Source: Haliotis cracherodii (lineage: Eukaryota). From it: 64,000 nt of DNA. The notes below the pieces were generated by a model. That model saw only the letters and a list, made by a program, of their open reading frames with translations. It was not told where the DNA came from and searched no databases. Shown piece by piece: positions 13,531 to 26,222 of the stretch; the first letter of the stretch is position 1, and every line of letters starts with the position of its first letter. The stretch is from contig NW_027266308.1 in NCBI RefSeq assembly GCF_022045235.1, positions 2,108,001 through 2,172,000 of the forward strand. The letters run 5' to 3'. The position numbers and the translations under genes were made by a program.

Positions 13531-15005
13531 AGATTCGCCCTGATGATGTGTAGGTTTGTCACCCAAGCGGTTAACGTCAATGACCAGCATGTCTTCCGGC
13601 TTCCCTCCCACATCCAACCGATTGTAAAACGGAACAGTTACACCTCCCTCCTTCCCTCCCTCCTTCCTTCCCTCTCTCTCCCTCGCTCACTCACAATTAA
13701 TACGTGTGTCTGGAAAATGTACACATGTACATTTAAAAAAAAATTCAAGACAGTGTATTCTCTTATTGCCCACAAAGCTATCACAACATCTTCATGTTTT
13801 CACTGTATGCAAGGACGAAATGAAAACTTGGGAAGTCCGCCCTGACGTTACGTCACACGTCACATATAAAACCGATTTTTTATATTACTATTGCGTCTAA
13901 TTTTGAAACAGAAAATGGACATTATTCCATTCCGTGTTCATTAGTGTCATCGATACTTTCTATACAAATGATCACAAAGTCTTTTAAAACATGGCTGACA
14001 AACACTATTGTCTCTTTGAATGCAGGGTTGTTGATGAACGTATTTTCCGCCCTCGTTCAATAATGTCGCCAGTATGTCCAAGGATGAGACACCCCTTACA
14101 GTCTCCAACTAACAGCCAAAGTAGAATAGTCAAAGTAGAATAGTTAAAGTATCCCCTTAAGGCAACAAACAAAGAGAATGGATGTCGGTATCTCTTACGA
14201 CTCGTAAACTATTATTACCAACATGTGTTTTTCCTCACACTTGAATGAATAACCGCAATTACTGTCATCGCTTGGAGACACTACCCAACACGATGTCCGG
14301 TGTATGTACAGTACCCTGGGGCTGGGGTTGTGGTGGGGGAGCGTCCTCTCCACCCCTGCTAACACTCAGATACATGTGTTTCGTCACCATATACAATGGC
14401 CAACCGGACAAAGCCCACACATTCCCTACAGACATAGGTCATCAGTTGATGCGGGTCCGGTCTGGTAATCCTACCATCATGTCCGGATCTTACTGGTTTC
14501 CGTTTCCGGAAGCATATTTATGTAAATGCTCAGCAACAAAAGTAGCATGTTATTAATCATGAAATATTTTTAGAACCTTACCAAAGACTTGTATAGGGCA
14601 AACGTTCCATGCAGAGACCGTTACAATATTGAAAAAATGATATAAAACATATACATAATAAGTCAAGAAAACAATACAAAACACCAACTTTGAATATTAT
14701 AACATAACTGTGATACAATTATTACGTGTTATTTTATAACTGTTATAATATAATTATGTGTTATAATATAACACAAAAATAGATTTGAAGCGTTCTTGTG
14801 AACATTGATCCCGTAGCGTTTCTAAAGCTATTTTCTTCTGAGTTTAAATTGTATTCTAAATTTAAAATGTGTGTGTTCTTTACGGTTTTAGTGAGATGGG
14901 GTTTTTTAACTAAAGAGATGTACAGCACAAAGAAAGCTCAACTTTTTTTTTTAAATATTATCATATTTTCGTCATCGTTATCAATGTCATCACCTTCACT
15001 CTGTT

Positions 15006-15199
15006 CATGCTTGTCTCAGAGGCGACTAACGGGATCGGGCTGTCAGGCTTGCTGACTTATTGATGCATGTCATCGTGTCCCAATTGCGTGGATCGATGCT
15101 CATGATATCAATCACTGGATTTTCTGGTCCAGACTCCATTATCACAGACTGCCGTCATATAGCTGGAATATTTCCGCGGCGTTAATCAACAAACAAACA
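15006..15199 (+). mobile_element. Family A retroposon, 5'-truncated
   Basis: Core and tail match. Flanking near-repeat AATGTCA..ACCTTCA. Confidence 0.85.
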
Positions 15200-15547
15200 A
15201 TGTCAGTACCTTCATCCTATTGATAAAATCCAACTTGTATATTTATTCAGCGTGTTAAATCGGTCAAAAGTCACAAGAAGTACATTTGGAAACAAAAGCC
15301 GTAACCACAGCAACCACATGCTGTACACGGTCTCTGAAAAACAAAATGACCTTCGAATTTAATCAGTACCACCGGAGTTCCTGCCTTACTTATATCTTAT
15401 CTTTTCCCCCACACATTCCATTCACTCTTGTCACTTCCTCTGCTGTCGCCGAGCCCGTATTCAGCAGGGACATTTCAATGTTGACATTAAAGAGCTTTGT
15501 TTATACCTTGTTACACGTGTGACGCGCTGAGACGGCCGCGTCAGGGC

Positions 15548-15737
15548 TAGCCTTGCTCCAAGGCTGTATTGAAAGAAGAGTCCATGGATGTGTAGTAATT
15601 CTGTCCTCCCAGTATGCAAGTCTACATATGTCGAAGGACTTCACTCTTTCATAGGGCCAACCAATTTAATTATTTATATAATCTAGAAATTATGATTTAA
15701 GCTTATAATTATTGCCTTAGAGACTTGTGCAAGTCTA
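15548..15737 (-). mobile_element. Family C MITE
   Basis: Same termini. TSD CGTCAGGGC / CGGCAGGGC. Confidence 0.85.
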
Positions 15738-16129
15738 CGGCAGGGCCTGCGAGCTCGGTCGTATGTTTTTATTTTAACGATTACTTTTATGGTTTTAGGG
15801 TTAACAGTAAACGGAAATTCTACCGACGACAGATTCCAGCAACTTTCCTGACTGACGAGACGTCAGAATGGATCAGTTGTTAGACTTGCACTCAAAATAC
15901 AGAGTCTGTGGCTAATGTCAAAGTTCATGCGAGGATACGTGTTCCTACAAACATATATGGATGGCCGTGACCTTTCTGTGTGGACGCTGCTTGATGCTAT
16001 TCGTGAATTACATTTGGAGCGGAGGATGGAGATGGGGAAAAACAAATTTGGTGTGCAGCCAATAGAACTGTTTTGGGTCTTTTGTAAATTCGAAATGATT
16101 GGTACGGTTAGGTCTCATAATCGCCACCC

Positions 16130-17140
16130 TACCGTCACCGTCATCGACGTCAACACAGCATCTGCCACCATCACCGTCATCAGTACACTTTCTACTACCC
16201 TCACTGTCACCGTCATTAACACAACATCTACTACCATCACTGTCACCGTTGTCAACACAACATCTACTACCATCACCGTCACCGTCATCAACACAACCTC
16301 TACTACCATCATCGTCACCGTCATCAAAACAACCTCTACTACCATCACCGTCACCGTCATCAACACAACATCTACTACCATCACCGCCGTGAACACAACA
16401 TCTACTACCATCACTGTCACCGTTGTCAACACATCATCTACTACCATCACTGTCACCGTCATCAACACAACCTCTACTGCCATCACCTTCACCGTCATCA
16501 ACACAACCTCTACTACCATCACCGCCGTGAACACAACCTCTACTACCATCATCGTCACCGTCATCAACACAACCTCTACTACCATCACATTTTACAGCTA
16601 GTACCGTCGTCAACACAACATCTACTACCATCACCGTCACCGTCATCAACACAACCTCTACTACCATCATCGTCACCGTCATCAACACAACATCTACTAC
16701 CATCCCCGTCACCGTCGTCAACACAACCTCTACTAGCATCACCGTCACTGTCGTCAACACAACATCTACTACCATCCCCGTCACCGTCGTCAACACAACA
16801 TCTACTAGCATCACCCTCACCGTCGTCAACACAACATCTACTACCATCACCCTCACCGTTGTCAACACAACATCTACTACCATCACCGTCACCGTCGTCA
16901 ACACAACATCTACTACCATCCCCGTCACCGTTGTCAACACAACATCTACTACCATCACCGTCACCGTCGTCAACACAACATCTACTACCACCCCCTCACC
17001 GTTGTCAACACAACATCTACTACCATCACCCTCACCTTCGTCAACACAACATCTACTACCATCACCGTCACCGTCGTCAATGCAACCTCTACTACTATTA
17101 TACGAAAACTTCATCAATACAACTATTCTACTACCATCAG
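16130..17140. repeat. 36-bp minisatellite, ~27 copies (ACCGTCACCGTCRTCAACACAACATCTACTACCATC)
   Basis: Direct tandem periodicity. It produces spurious Thr-, Val- and Pro-rich ORFs. Confidence 0.95.
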
Positions 17141-18775
17141 GCGACCTTCTCGTCAAAACTCGGCTACCGTTTTCGACTCTTTTCAATCTTATTGACCGTA
17201 TGATCCGAATAAACACCATTTATTAGATACATAAGTATTACTTTTATAATGTATAATGTAATTGTTGATTATATCGTTGCCTCTACATCCTTGTACTTTA
17301 AATCCTTGTACTCTAAAAATAGTACAAGTTAGTGCAAAATAAATCCTGTTTTGAAAACGCGTTTAAGTATATAATCAATCAGCTGGCATCTCTTCCCGGA
17401 CCCTATCCGCGAATCTGTTATCTAAATTCGTCACAGTTTGTAACACGTAGAAACATATCACATTCTGAGGAAATATACCTGCGATTAGCATCACCCTTGT
17501 CAATCAATGAACAATCAGCGAAATACACCCCGTCAAAATGTATCACCTTGTCGTGACACTTAATCAATAGCACCCTCTCGTTACCCTGGACATTTTACAG
17601 CTAGTACCAAGCAAGTGATTAGTGTCATCGCCACACAGGCCTGTCCCCACCCCCACTCTCAGGCCCGGGGGTAGGGGCGCGGTGGGGGGACAGGTGAGAG
17701 AAAGGGGAGACAATGGGAAGCAAAGTGTTTCACCTGCTGAATACCGACACACCTGTTGTAAGATGGTTGTTTAATGCGCAGTGGAATTGGGATGTTTTCT
17801 TGGAAGGGTTGTAGGGGTGGGTAGAAATCTGGTTGCCGGTTAATGGGGTATGGTGGAGTGGGTGTTCGAGGTAGTGTCCAATAGAGACTCATAAAAACAT
17901 CGAAACAATTATGCGTCTGAAAACGTGTTTTTTTTCAGAAAATGAATCCAAATGTCTGATGCCAAGTATCTCTGTTATAAATATGAATTGAAGCTTATGA
18001 TTTGAGTTGATGTGGTCCTAAGATACTGTAGTTTTAAAATACAATATGAAGTCAAAATGTGATTTTACACCCATGAGGTCCCTTATCTCATGGTTGGTCA
18101 TCCTTACTTATCATTTTTTGGGTGTTCGAGGATGGTGTCTAAAAGAGACTCATCTGAACAAATATCATCAAGAATTATTAATTTTTTAATAATTCATATG
18201 GATATCAACAGACGGAAGTACATAGACACAACGAACGTTATTGAAACACGTTTGCACTATCAGCGTATTTACTTTCTGAACATTGACCAGGAAGAGGTTT
18301 GTGTGTTTAGATATCGGACGTACACATAGTTGGTGTGGGCATCGTTAAATACGTTTCGTCACAATATGACCTGTGGTGACGTGACGTGTTGGTCGGTAGG
18401 AGGAAGCATCAACTATCAGCATCATGTTCGACAAAAGTGAGCAATATACGGGTGGGTATCGACTTCCGCCCCTCTGTTTTCAGGGTAACGTATCTCTAGA
18501 CCGCCGGCTCATTTACACAGAATACTCGTCACTGGGAACTACATATATATTGACAGTTTTATTTTTGAAAAATTGATAACGAGTTATTTATGATTAATAT
18601 TTTGATTATATTATAAATATTTATATTGATGTTGTTTATCCCTTAACTGCGTTCTTACTGTAAAAAAATTGGTTTTGTTTTGTTGCTGGTTTTTTGTGTT
18701 TTGGGGATTGGGTGGCGGTATTGACTTGGAAGCTTTACTTGAGGGGCTGTGTGTTGTTTGTTATTTTTGTCATGT

Positions 18776-19790
18776 GTTGGTAGTGTTCTGGTGTTGATAG
18801 TGTTCTAGTGTTGGTAGTGTTCTGGTGTTGATAGTGTTCTAGTGTTGGTAGTGTTCTGGTGTTGGTAGTGTTCTAGTGTTGGTAGTGTTCTAGTGTTGGT
18901 AGTTTTCTAGTGTTGGTAGTGTTCTGGTGTTGGTAGTGTTGGGAGTGTTGGTAGTTTTCTGGTGTTGGTAGTGTTCTGGTGTTGGTAGTGTTCTGGTGTT
19001 GGTAGTGTTGGGAGTGTTGGTAGTTTTCTGGTGTTGGTAGTTTTCTAGTGTTGGTAGTGTTCTGGTGTTGGTAGTGTTCTGGTGTTGGTAGTGTCCTAGT
19101 GTTGGTAGTGTTCTGGTGTTGGTAGTGTTCTAGTGTTGGTAGTGTTCTAGTGTTGGTAGTGTTCTAGTGTTGGTAGTGTTCTAGTATTGGTGGTGTTCTA
19201 GTGTTGGTAGTGTCCTAGGATTTTTAGTGTTCTAATGTTGGTAATGTTCTAGTGTTGGTAGTGTTCTAGTGTTGGTAGTGTTGGGAGTGTTGGTAGTTTT
19301 CTGGTGTTGGTAGTTTTCTAGTGTTGGTAGTGTTCTGGTGTTGGTAGTGTTCTGGTGTTGGTAGTGTGCTAGTGTTGGTAGTGTTCTAGTGTTGGTAGTG
19401 TTCTAGTGTTGGTAGTGTTCTAGTGTTGGTAGTGTTCTAGTGTTGGTAGTGTTCTAGTATTGGTGGTGTTCTAGTGTTGGTAGTGTCCTAGGATTTTTAG
19501 TGTTCTAATGTTGGTAATGTTCTAGTGTTGGTAGTGTTCTAGTGTTGGTAGTGTTCTAGTGTTGGTAGTGTTCTAGTGTTGGTAGTATTCTATTCTTGGT
19601 AGTGTTCTAGTGTTGGTAGTGTTCTAATGTTGGTAGGTAGTGTTCTAGTATTGGTAGTACTCTATTCTTGGTAATGTTCTGGTGTTGGTAGTATTCTATT
19701 CTTGGTAATGTTCTAGTGTTGGTAGTGTTCTAGTGTTGGTAATGTTCTAGCGTTGGTAGTGTTGGTAATGTTGGTAGTGTCCTAGTATTG
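18776..19790. repeat. 17-bp minisatellite (GTGTTGGTAGTGTTCTA)
   Basis: 17-bp periodicity, with an internal 273-bp block duplication. Confidence 0.95.
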
Positions 19791-20767
19791 GTAGTGTTCT
19801 AATGTAGGTAGCGCCCTAGTGTTGGTAGTGAAGGTACTGCTGGTAGTGTTCTAATGTAGGTAGCGCCCTAGTGTTGGTAGTGAAGGTATTGCTGGTAGTG
19901 TTCTAATGTAGGTAGCGCCCTAGTGTTGGTAGTGAAGGTATTGCTGGTAGTGTTCTAATGTAGGTAGCGCCCTAGCGTTGGTAGTGAAGGTATTGCTGGT
20001 AGTGTTCTAATGTAGGTAGCGCCCTAGTGTTGGTAGTGAAGGAATTGCTGGTAGTGTTCTAATGTAGGTAGCGCCCTAGCGTTGGTAGTGAAGGTATTGC
20101 TGGTAGTGTTCTAATGTAGGCAGCGCCCTAGTGTTGGTAGTGAAGGTATTGCTGGTAGTGTTCTAATGTAGGTAGCGCCCTAGTGTTGGTAGTGAAGGTA
20201 CTGCTGGTAGTGTTCTAATGTAGGTAGCGCCCTAGTGTTGGTAGTGAAGGTACTGCTGGTAGTGTTCTAATGTAGGTAGCGCCCTAGTGTTGGTAGTGAA
20301 GGTACTGCTGGTAGTGTTCTAATGTAGGTAGCGCCCTAGTGTTGGTAGTGAAGGTACTGCTGGTAGTGTTCTAATGTAGGTAGCGCCCTAGTGTTGGTAG
20401 TGAAGGTACTGCTGGTAGTGTTCTAATGTAGGTAGCGCCCTAGTGTTGGTAGTGAAGGTACTGCTGGTAGTGTTCTAATGTAGGTAGCGCCCTAGTGTTG
20501 GTAGTGAAGGTACAGCTGGTAGTGTTCTAATGTAGGTAGCGCCCTAGTGTTGGTAGTGAAGGTATTGCTGGTAGTGTTCTAATGTAGGTAGCGCCCTAGT
20601 GTTGGTAGTGAAGGTATTGCTGGTAGTGTTCTAATGTAGGTAGCGCCCTAGTATTGGTAGTGAAGGTACTGCTGGTAGTGTTCTAATGTAGGTAGCGCCC
20701 TAGTGTTGGTAGTGAAGGTACTGCTGGTAGTGTTCTAATGTAGGTAGCGTCCTAGTATTGGTAGTGT
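19791..20767. repeat. 52-bp repeat, 19 copies, derived from the adjacent 17-mer
   Basis: GCGCCC recurs every 52 bp from 19811 to 20747. Confidence 0.95.
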
Positions 20768-20974
20768 GGATGGGTGTAGTGTAATTCGTGTGCGTCGTGG
20801 AGTTATTTGTTTCTGGAAGTTGTTTGTGTTGTTTTGTTTATTTTGACTTCATTTGTGAGCGGGTTGGGAAGTGGCTTATAATGACATCCAGATGTTTAAG
20901 ATAAAAGTCTTTACATAGATTAAAATTTAAAGCTTAAGGAAGTATTTGGATTAGAAACATTTTACCCTATATTT

Positions 20975-21568
20975 TTGTTGGTTAACGCCGCACTCAGCAA
21001 TATTTCAGCTGTATGACGGCGGTCTGAATATAATCGAGTGATTGACATTATGAGCATCGATTCACGCAATTGGGAATGATGACAGGCATCAATCAAGTCA
21101 GCGAGCGCCCAGCCGGATCCGCCTCTTACGACATGCACAGAGTACTGGGGACCTATATTCTAACCCGGAATCCCCATGAGAAGACAAGCATGGGGTACTG
21201 GGGACGTATATTCTAACCCGAAATCCCCACCGGAAGACAAGTATAGGGTACTGGGGACCTATATTCTAACCCGGAATCTCCACGGGGAGACAAGCATAGG
21301 GTACTGGGGACCTATATTCTAACCCGGAATCTCCAAGGGGAGACATGCACAGAGTACTGGGGACCTATATTCTAACCTGGAATCCCCACGGGAAGACAAG
21401 CATAGGGTACTGGGGACCTATATTCTAACCCGGAATCCCCACTGGGCGACATGCATAGAGTACTGGGGACCTATATTCTAACCCGGAATCCCCACGGGGA
21501 TACAAGTATGGGGTACTGGTGACCTATATTCTAACCCGGAATCCCCACGGGGAGACAAGCATAGGGTA
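20975..21568 (-). mobile_element. Family A variant whose 5' module is amplified as ~8 tandem 53-bp units (21130-21568)
   Basis: Tail and body at 20975-21130. TAACC recurs every 53 bp (21161, 21214 ... 21532). The unit is a variant of the family A 5' end. Confidence 0.85.
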
Positions 21569-21818
21569 TTCGTACTAGGTACCCCAAAGGGGAAATATAT
21601 AGGTACATGTTTCGTGACCTAACAGATGTCACCGAGAATGTTTCAGGTGAGACAGATAATTCAGACATCATCTGGTAAAAAAAAACATTATTAAAGCATT
21701 GCTGTCGACAAAAGCGATAAAAAGTTTGAAACAAAAACAGAAGTGTCACTCCGCCTAATTGATCACGACTGTTGTAACTGTCACATGGCGGCAAGATGTG
21801 AACCACACCCATCACAAC

Positions 21819-21995
21819 TAGCCTTGCTCTAAGGCTGTTCTGAAAGAAAAGTCCATGGATGTGAAGTAATTCTATCCTCCTAATAAGCAAGTCTAAGACT
21901 CCAGTTTCTTATAAGGACAACTTGTTATTATTTACATAATCTAGAAATTATGATTTAAAATAATAAATATTGCCTTAGAGACTTGTGCAAGTCTA
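21819..21995 (-). mobile_element. Family C MITE
   Basis: Same termini and body. TSD is degenerate. Confidence 0.8.
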
Positions 21996-22805
21996 CCATA
22001 ATGAACCAAATCATGAAATCACAAGCCCCACGATCAACCGGTTCAGTCCATCCAGCGCTCCGGACAAGTGGTCAAACTGACCATCACTGTCACGCAGGTG
22101 TCACACACAGTGTCCAGAACACAACGAGTGTCAACACCTGAAGCAACGCCTACATATTATTCCTACAGCGCCTACAGGGGGACAGCACACCTGTTCCGGC
22201 CATATCGATTCCTATACGTTGTAATCAACCCATCATGTCACAAGACGTGAGGAATCAAGAGTTCCAATCCCTGGGAGATCGATACTTTTTACTCATGATG
22301 TCTACAATTAAAACAACGGGACGTGACTGATGTCAGCAATCGTGACCAACTCGTGTTATTCCGGGACAAGCCGAATAGCGAAGCGTGCCCCTCTCATGGC
22401 CATTTTTGCGACCGGGTTCCGTCTTAGCGCAAACGGGCATACCTAAAACAATCGTCAACTCGTTGCGTAATGGTTCACATATATTTCCTCATATACTATA
22501 TATATTTCAGATGCAAGTTAAGGCACACCGGGAAATACGGAATTATACAGTATGATTGAACACATTTAACTGTGTCCTGGGTATATTTTTAGATGCAAGA
22601 AATATGTAAAATCAAAAATTATTTCTGAGGGATTCTTTGACGAAGAATTATACGCGTATTCTGATTGGGTTGTCGTATTTTCGCACTAGCATTCGTCGAT
22701 AGGGGAACGAATCTCCTTATAGTTTACGGAAAGGGCCGAGTGGTGACGGAGCTGTTGTGAGCCGACAGCGAAATGGGCACCTCCGGTAGCGCTCGTTGAA
22801 TTTCT

Positions 22806-22837
<32 letters not shown>

Positions 22838-23344
22838 GTTGTAAGTTGATCTGAGAATCTACACCTGTGTTATGATGGTTATTAGCAGATTCATTACAAT
22901 CAAGACAATCATCGGTTAATAAAGTATTTCAAATGTGGTACTAATCTGCCTTGTTTTCGAAATGTACGTTGGATATACAACCAAGTTGTTGTGTCGAACT
23001 TGGATTTTTCGAATTCCCGGTTGTCTCGATCCCGCCTATCAGAGACTCTGGGTAGGTGTGTGTTGTCTGAAAACCTCATCCATTACGTCACCACGTCACG
23101 TACATAATGTATATATACTGCTGGAAATAAATGAAGCGACACATACCGGTACATTATATACTGAGATTAAATTCTGTCGTATTTTGTCCATAAAATGAAT
23201 GAAAAATACACACAACTGTAAACGTATGCAATATACGTATGTGTTGCATTATATATTATCTTCAGTATATGCACCAGTATTTTATCACAAGGCGCATGTG
23301 ACACCAGAGACGTTTTCAACATGCTGTGGGGATCCCGGAATAGC

Positions 23345-23505
23345 GAGTGAGTGAGTGAGTATAGTTTTACGCAGCAATATTCTAGCAATATCTCGGCAGG
23401 GGACACCAGAAATGGGCTTCACACACTGTGCCCATGTGGGGAATCGAACCCGGGTCTTCGGCGTGACGAGCGAACGCTTTAACCACTAGGCTACCCGACC
23501 ACCCC
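23345..23505 (-). mobile_element. Family B tRNA-derived SINE (~160 bp)
   Basis: A box TAGCCTAGTGG, B box GGTTCGATTCC, short body and (CTCA)n tail. Confidence 0.85.
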
Positions 23506-23523
23506 GGATCACTGAAAAAGGAC

Positions 23524-23636
23524 CAGGGCCCACTTGCACAAAGCGATCTTAGTGCTAAGATCATCGTAACTCCCATACTTTAACATAGGCTTACAATAGT
23601 TGTAGCGCAAAGATCGCTTTGTGCAAGTGGGCCCTG
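23524..23636. mobile_element. Short foldback MITE, probably PIF/Harbinger-type
   Basis: ~27-bp perfect terminal inverted repeat CAGGGCCCACTTGCACAAAGCGATCTT. Confidence 0.75.
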
Positions 23637-23712
23637 ATGCTTGTCGTCAGAGCGGATTGACATGGGGGGGGGGGGGGGCGGATGGTCAGGCTTGGAGACT
23701 CACGGGGGTGGT

Positions 23713-24068
23713 GTGAGGTGAGGTGAAATGGGGTTTAACATCGCGTCCAAGATTATTGCACTTATATAGCGACGTGCATGTACGTGTGTGTGTTTGTGTG
23801 GCTGCTTGTACTAGTCCGGACTGATGCCGATTTATAGTGCTAGCTCACTGAGATACCATGCCGCAGTTTAACATGAATACCCCACTCAGACACAGTATAC
23901 TGACTCCGAGCCGACCAGTCCTTGTTTTAGCCCCTTAATGCCGAGCGCCAGACAGAGTAACAACAAGTACCATCTTTTAACGTCTTTTGGTATGACGCGG
24001 TCGGGGATCGAGCCCTGGACCTTCCGCTCTCCGGGCGGACGTTCTACCACTAGACCACGGAGGCGGTC
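23713..24068 (-). mobile_element. tRNA-headed SINE with a Meta/MESC-type central domain
   Basis: tRNA-like head (TGGTCTAGTGG, GGCTCGATCCC). Core GTCATACCAAAAGACG..GGTAC..CAGTGAGCTAGCACTATAAA resembles MetaSINE cores as recalled, not aligned. Perfect 12-bp TSD CACGGGGGTGGT at 23701-23712 and 24069-24080. Confidence 0.75.
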
Positions 24069-25224
24069 CACGGGGGTGGTTGCGTGTCATCGAAACGCGG
24101 TCGCGTCGATCGTTGTCATGGTAACGCAGTGGCTTGGAGATCTGCTCATGCTTTCAGTCACTGGTTTGTCTGGCCCAGATCATTTACTGACATAGCTATA
24201 GCTGACTGGGGCGTTAAGCAACATTCACTCTAACGCGGTCGCTTGGCAACGTGATTTCAAATATAGGATATTTGGATTTGAAGAAGGAATTCGAATTCAA
24301 TTAACCAGAAATAAGTAAATAAATCAATATATATTTTAGATATATCTTGTTTCTTCGTAGTGGAGAGTACATGCAAGTAAAAAGTGGGAATTACAAAACT
24401 TCTGATCTTGGAACCTCAGTTATACCCGCGATGAATGGGTCACGAGAGAAAAATCTGAATCTTGCCATTGCATTCCGATGTTTCTGTATATTTATATCAA
24501 ACAGATAATATGGAAATAAGTAAATAGTAAATGTATATATATACACGTACTTATAGCTGGAGCTGACGTCAGGCTGCTGAACCGCCGATCAGCTGACATC
24601 ATGCGCGTGCAGTGAGCCAGCCATTGCGTGATTGACAGCTCTTGACGCCATCCTATATATGGCAAGACATTAGCACACCCTGATCGATAACAATCAGCCC
24701 ACGCGGATCATGTTTTCATCGATATTTCTATTGCGTGTTATATTTGTTCACTATTTGAGATTAACAAGATACATTTTATTAAGAATATTTGACCATCACA
24801 AGAGGAAAGCATATCCCCTGATATAATAATACCACTAATTTTATATTCTCATAAATTTAATTACTGTTTCAAGATATAATCTTTCCTTTCCTGAGTAGTT
24901 TAAGTGTACATGTATATCGGGAGCCGTCCCATGTTTGAAATCCTACATTAAAATCACATGTCGCTGAAGATACCAATAACATACATTATAACACAGGAAA
25001 TAATTTCCGGTTTGTTTGTTTTTTAATATCGTCAGTCATTAAAATAAATACTAAGAAATCGACGTGCAACTTTCCCAGAAAATTCATTTCTGACATTTAT
25101 TGAGAATGATAGAATTATTCATATTATTTCGTTTTACTTTTCATTTTCCTCCTAGGAATAGTCCGCACATGAACCTGCGACCACGCAGATGTGATATCAG
25201 GTGTATTCAAGTCACGCGGGCATA

Positions 25225-25420
25225 TAGACTTGCACAAGTCTCTAAGGCTATATTATTAGTTTATATCATAAGTTCTAGATGCTGTAAATAATAAGAACAG
25301 TTAAGTTGTCCCTATAAGAGACTGGAGTCCTCGTCCACATATCTAGACTTGCCTATAAGGGGGATAGAATCACTACACCTCCATTGACTTTTCTTTCAGT
25401 ATAGCCTTGGAGCAAGACTA
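25225..25420 (+). mobile_element. Family C MITE
   Basis: Same termini. TSD GCGGGCATA / GCGGCCAGA. Confidence 0.85.
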
Positions 25421-25861
25421 GCGGCCAGAGACAACCGGATTGGGAAACCGGTGTTCACCGATATACAGATGCCGTGTTTACTGACATAGACCAGATAGTC
25501 TGCACTCGATTACCTTTGTTGACAGTTGACACTGTTCTGTGGTGCTAAGTGTGAAATAAACAACACGACCAGTGGACTTTGTAGAGCGCTTGTTGTTTTA
25601 CGGCTGCCAGCATCGGTTTAGCTGTGACAGGGCGGCTTGTACACGAAATCTGGGTTCAATCATACCTAATCAGCCAGGGCTTACATTCTAACCATCAAAT
25701 CCTCGTCCTATTCGACGCTGTGAAAGTACACGTTGTGGTGGCGGAAGTAACGGTAGCAGTGGCAGTGGCAGTGGCATGGCAGGGGTAGTGGTAGTGGTAG
25801 TGGTAGTGGAAGTGGCAGTGGTAGTGGTAGTGGTAGAAGTAGAAGTAGTAGTGGTGATGGT

Positions 25862-26103
25862 GTTTTGTTTGTTGTTTAACGCAACACTCAGCAATATTCC
25901 AGCTATATGAAGGCGGTCTGTTATTAATCGAGTCTGGACCTGAAAATCCAGTGATTGACATCATGGTCATCGATCTACACAACTGGGATACGATGACATG
26001 AATCAAACAAGTCAGCGAGTCTGACCACCCGATCCCGTTAGTCGCCTCTTACGACAAGCATGGGTTGCTGAAGACCAATTCTAACCCGGAATCTTCACTG
26101 GAC
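25862..26103 (-). mobile_element. Family A retroposon, full length
   Basis: Matches the family from the (CAAA) tail to the GTGAAGA head. Confidence 0.85.
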
Positions 26104-26222
26104 GGTGGAAGTGGTAGTAGTTTTAGACTGATGACGTAGGCGTGTAGTTCCAGTAGCGATATTAATCATTGTAGTAGCACATTAATACTCATGCATTAAA
26201 CATTTTCCTCTGCATGCTTGTT

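Noticed and set aside
15915-17226. Mucin-like Thr-, Val- and Pro-rich ORFs
   Set aside because: They come from a 36-bp minisatellite that is open in several frames on both strands, with a frameshift and no signal peptide or splice evidence.
23430-23505. tRNA gene
   Set aside because: The A/B boxes belong to a multi-copy SINE head that continues into a body and tail.
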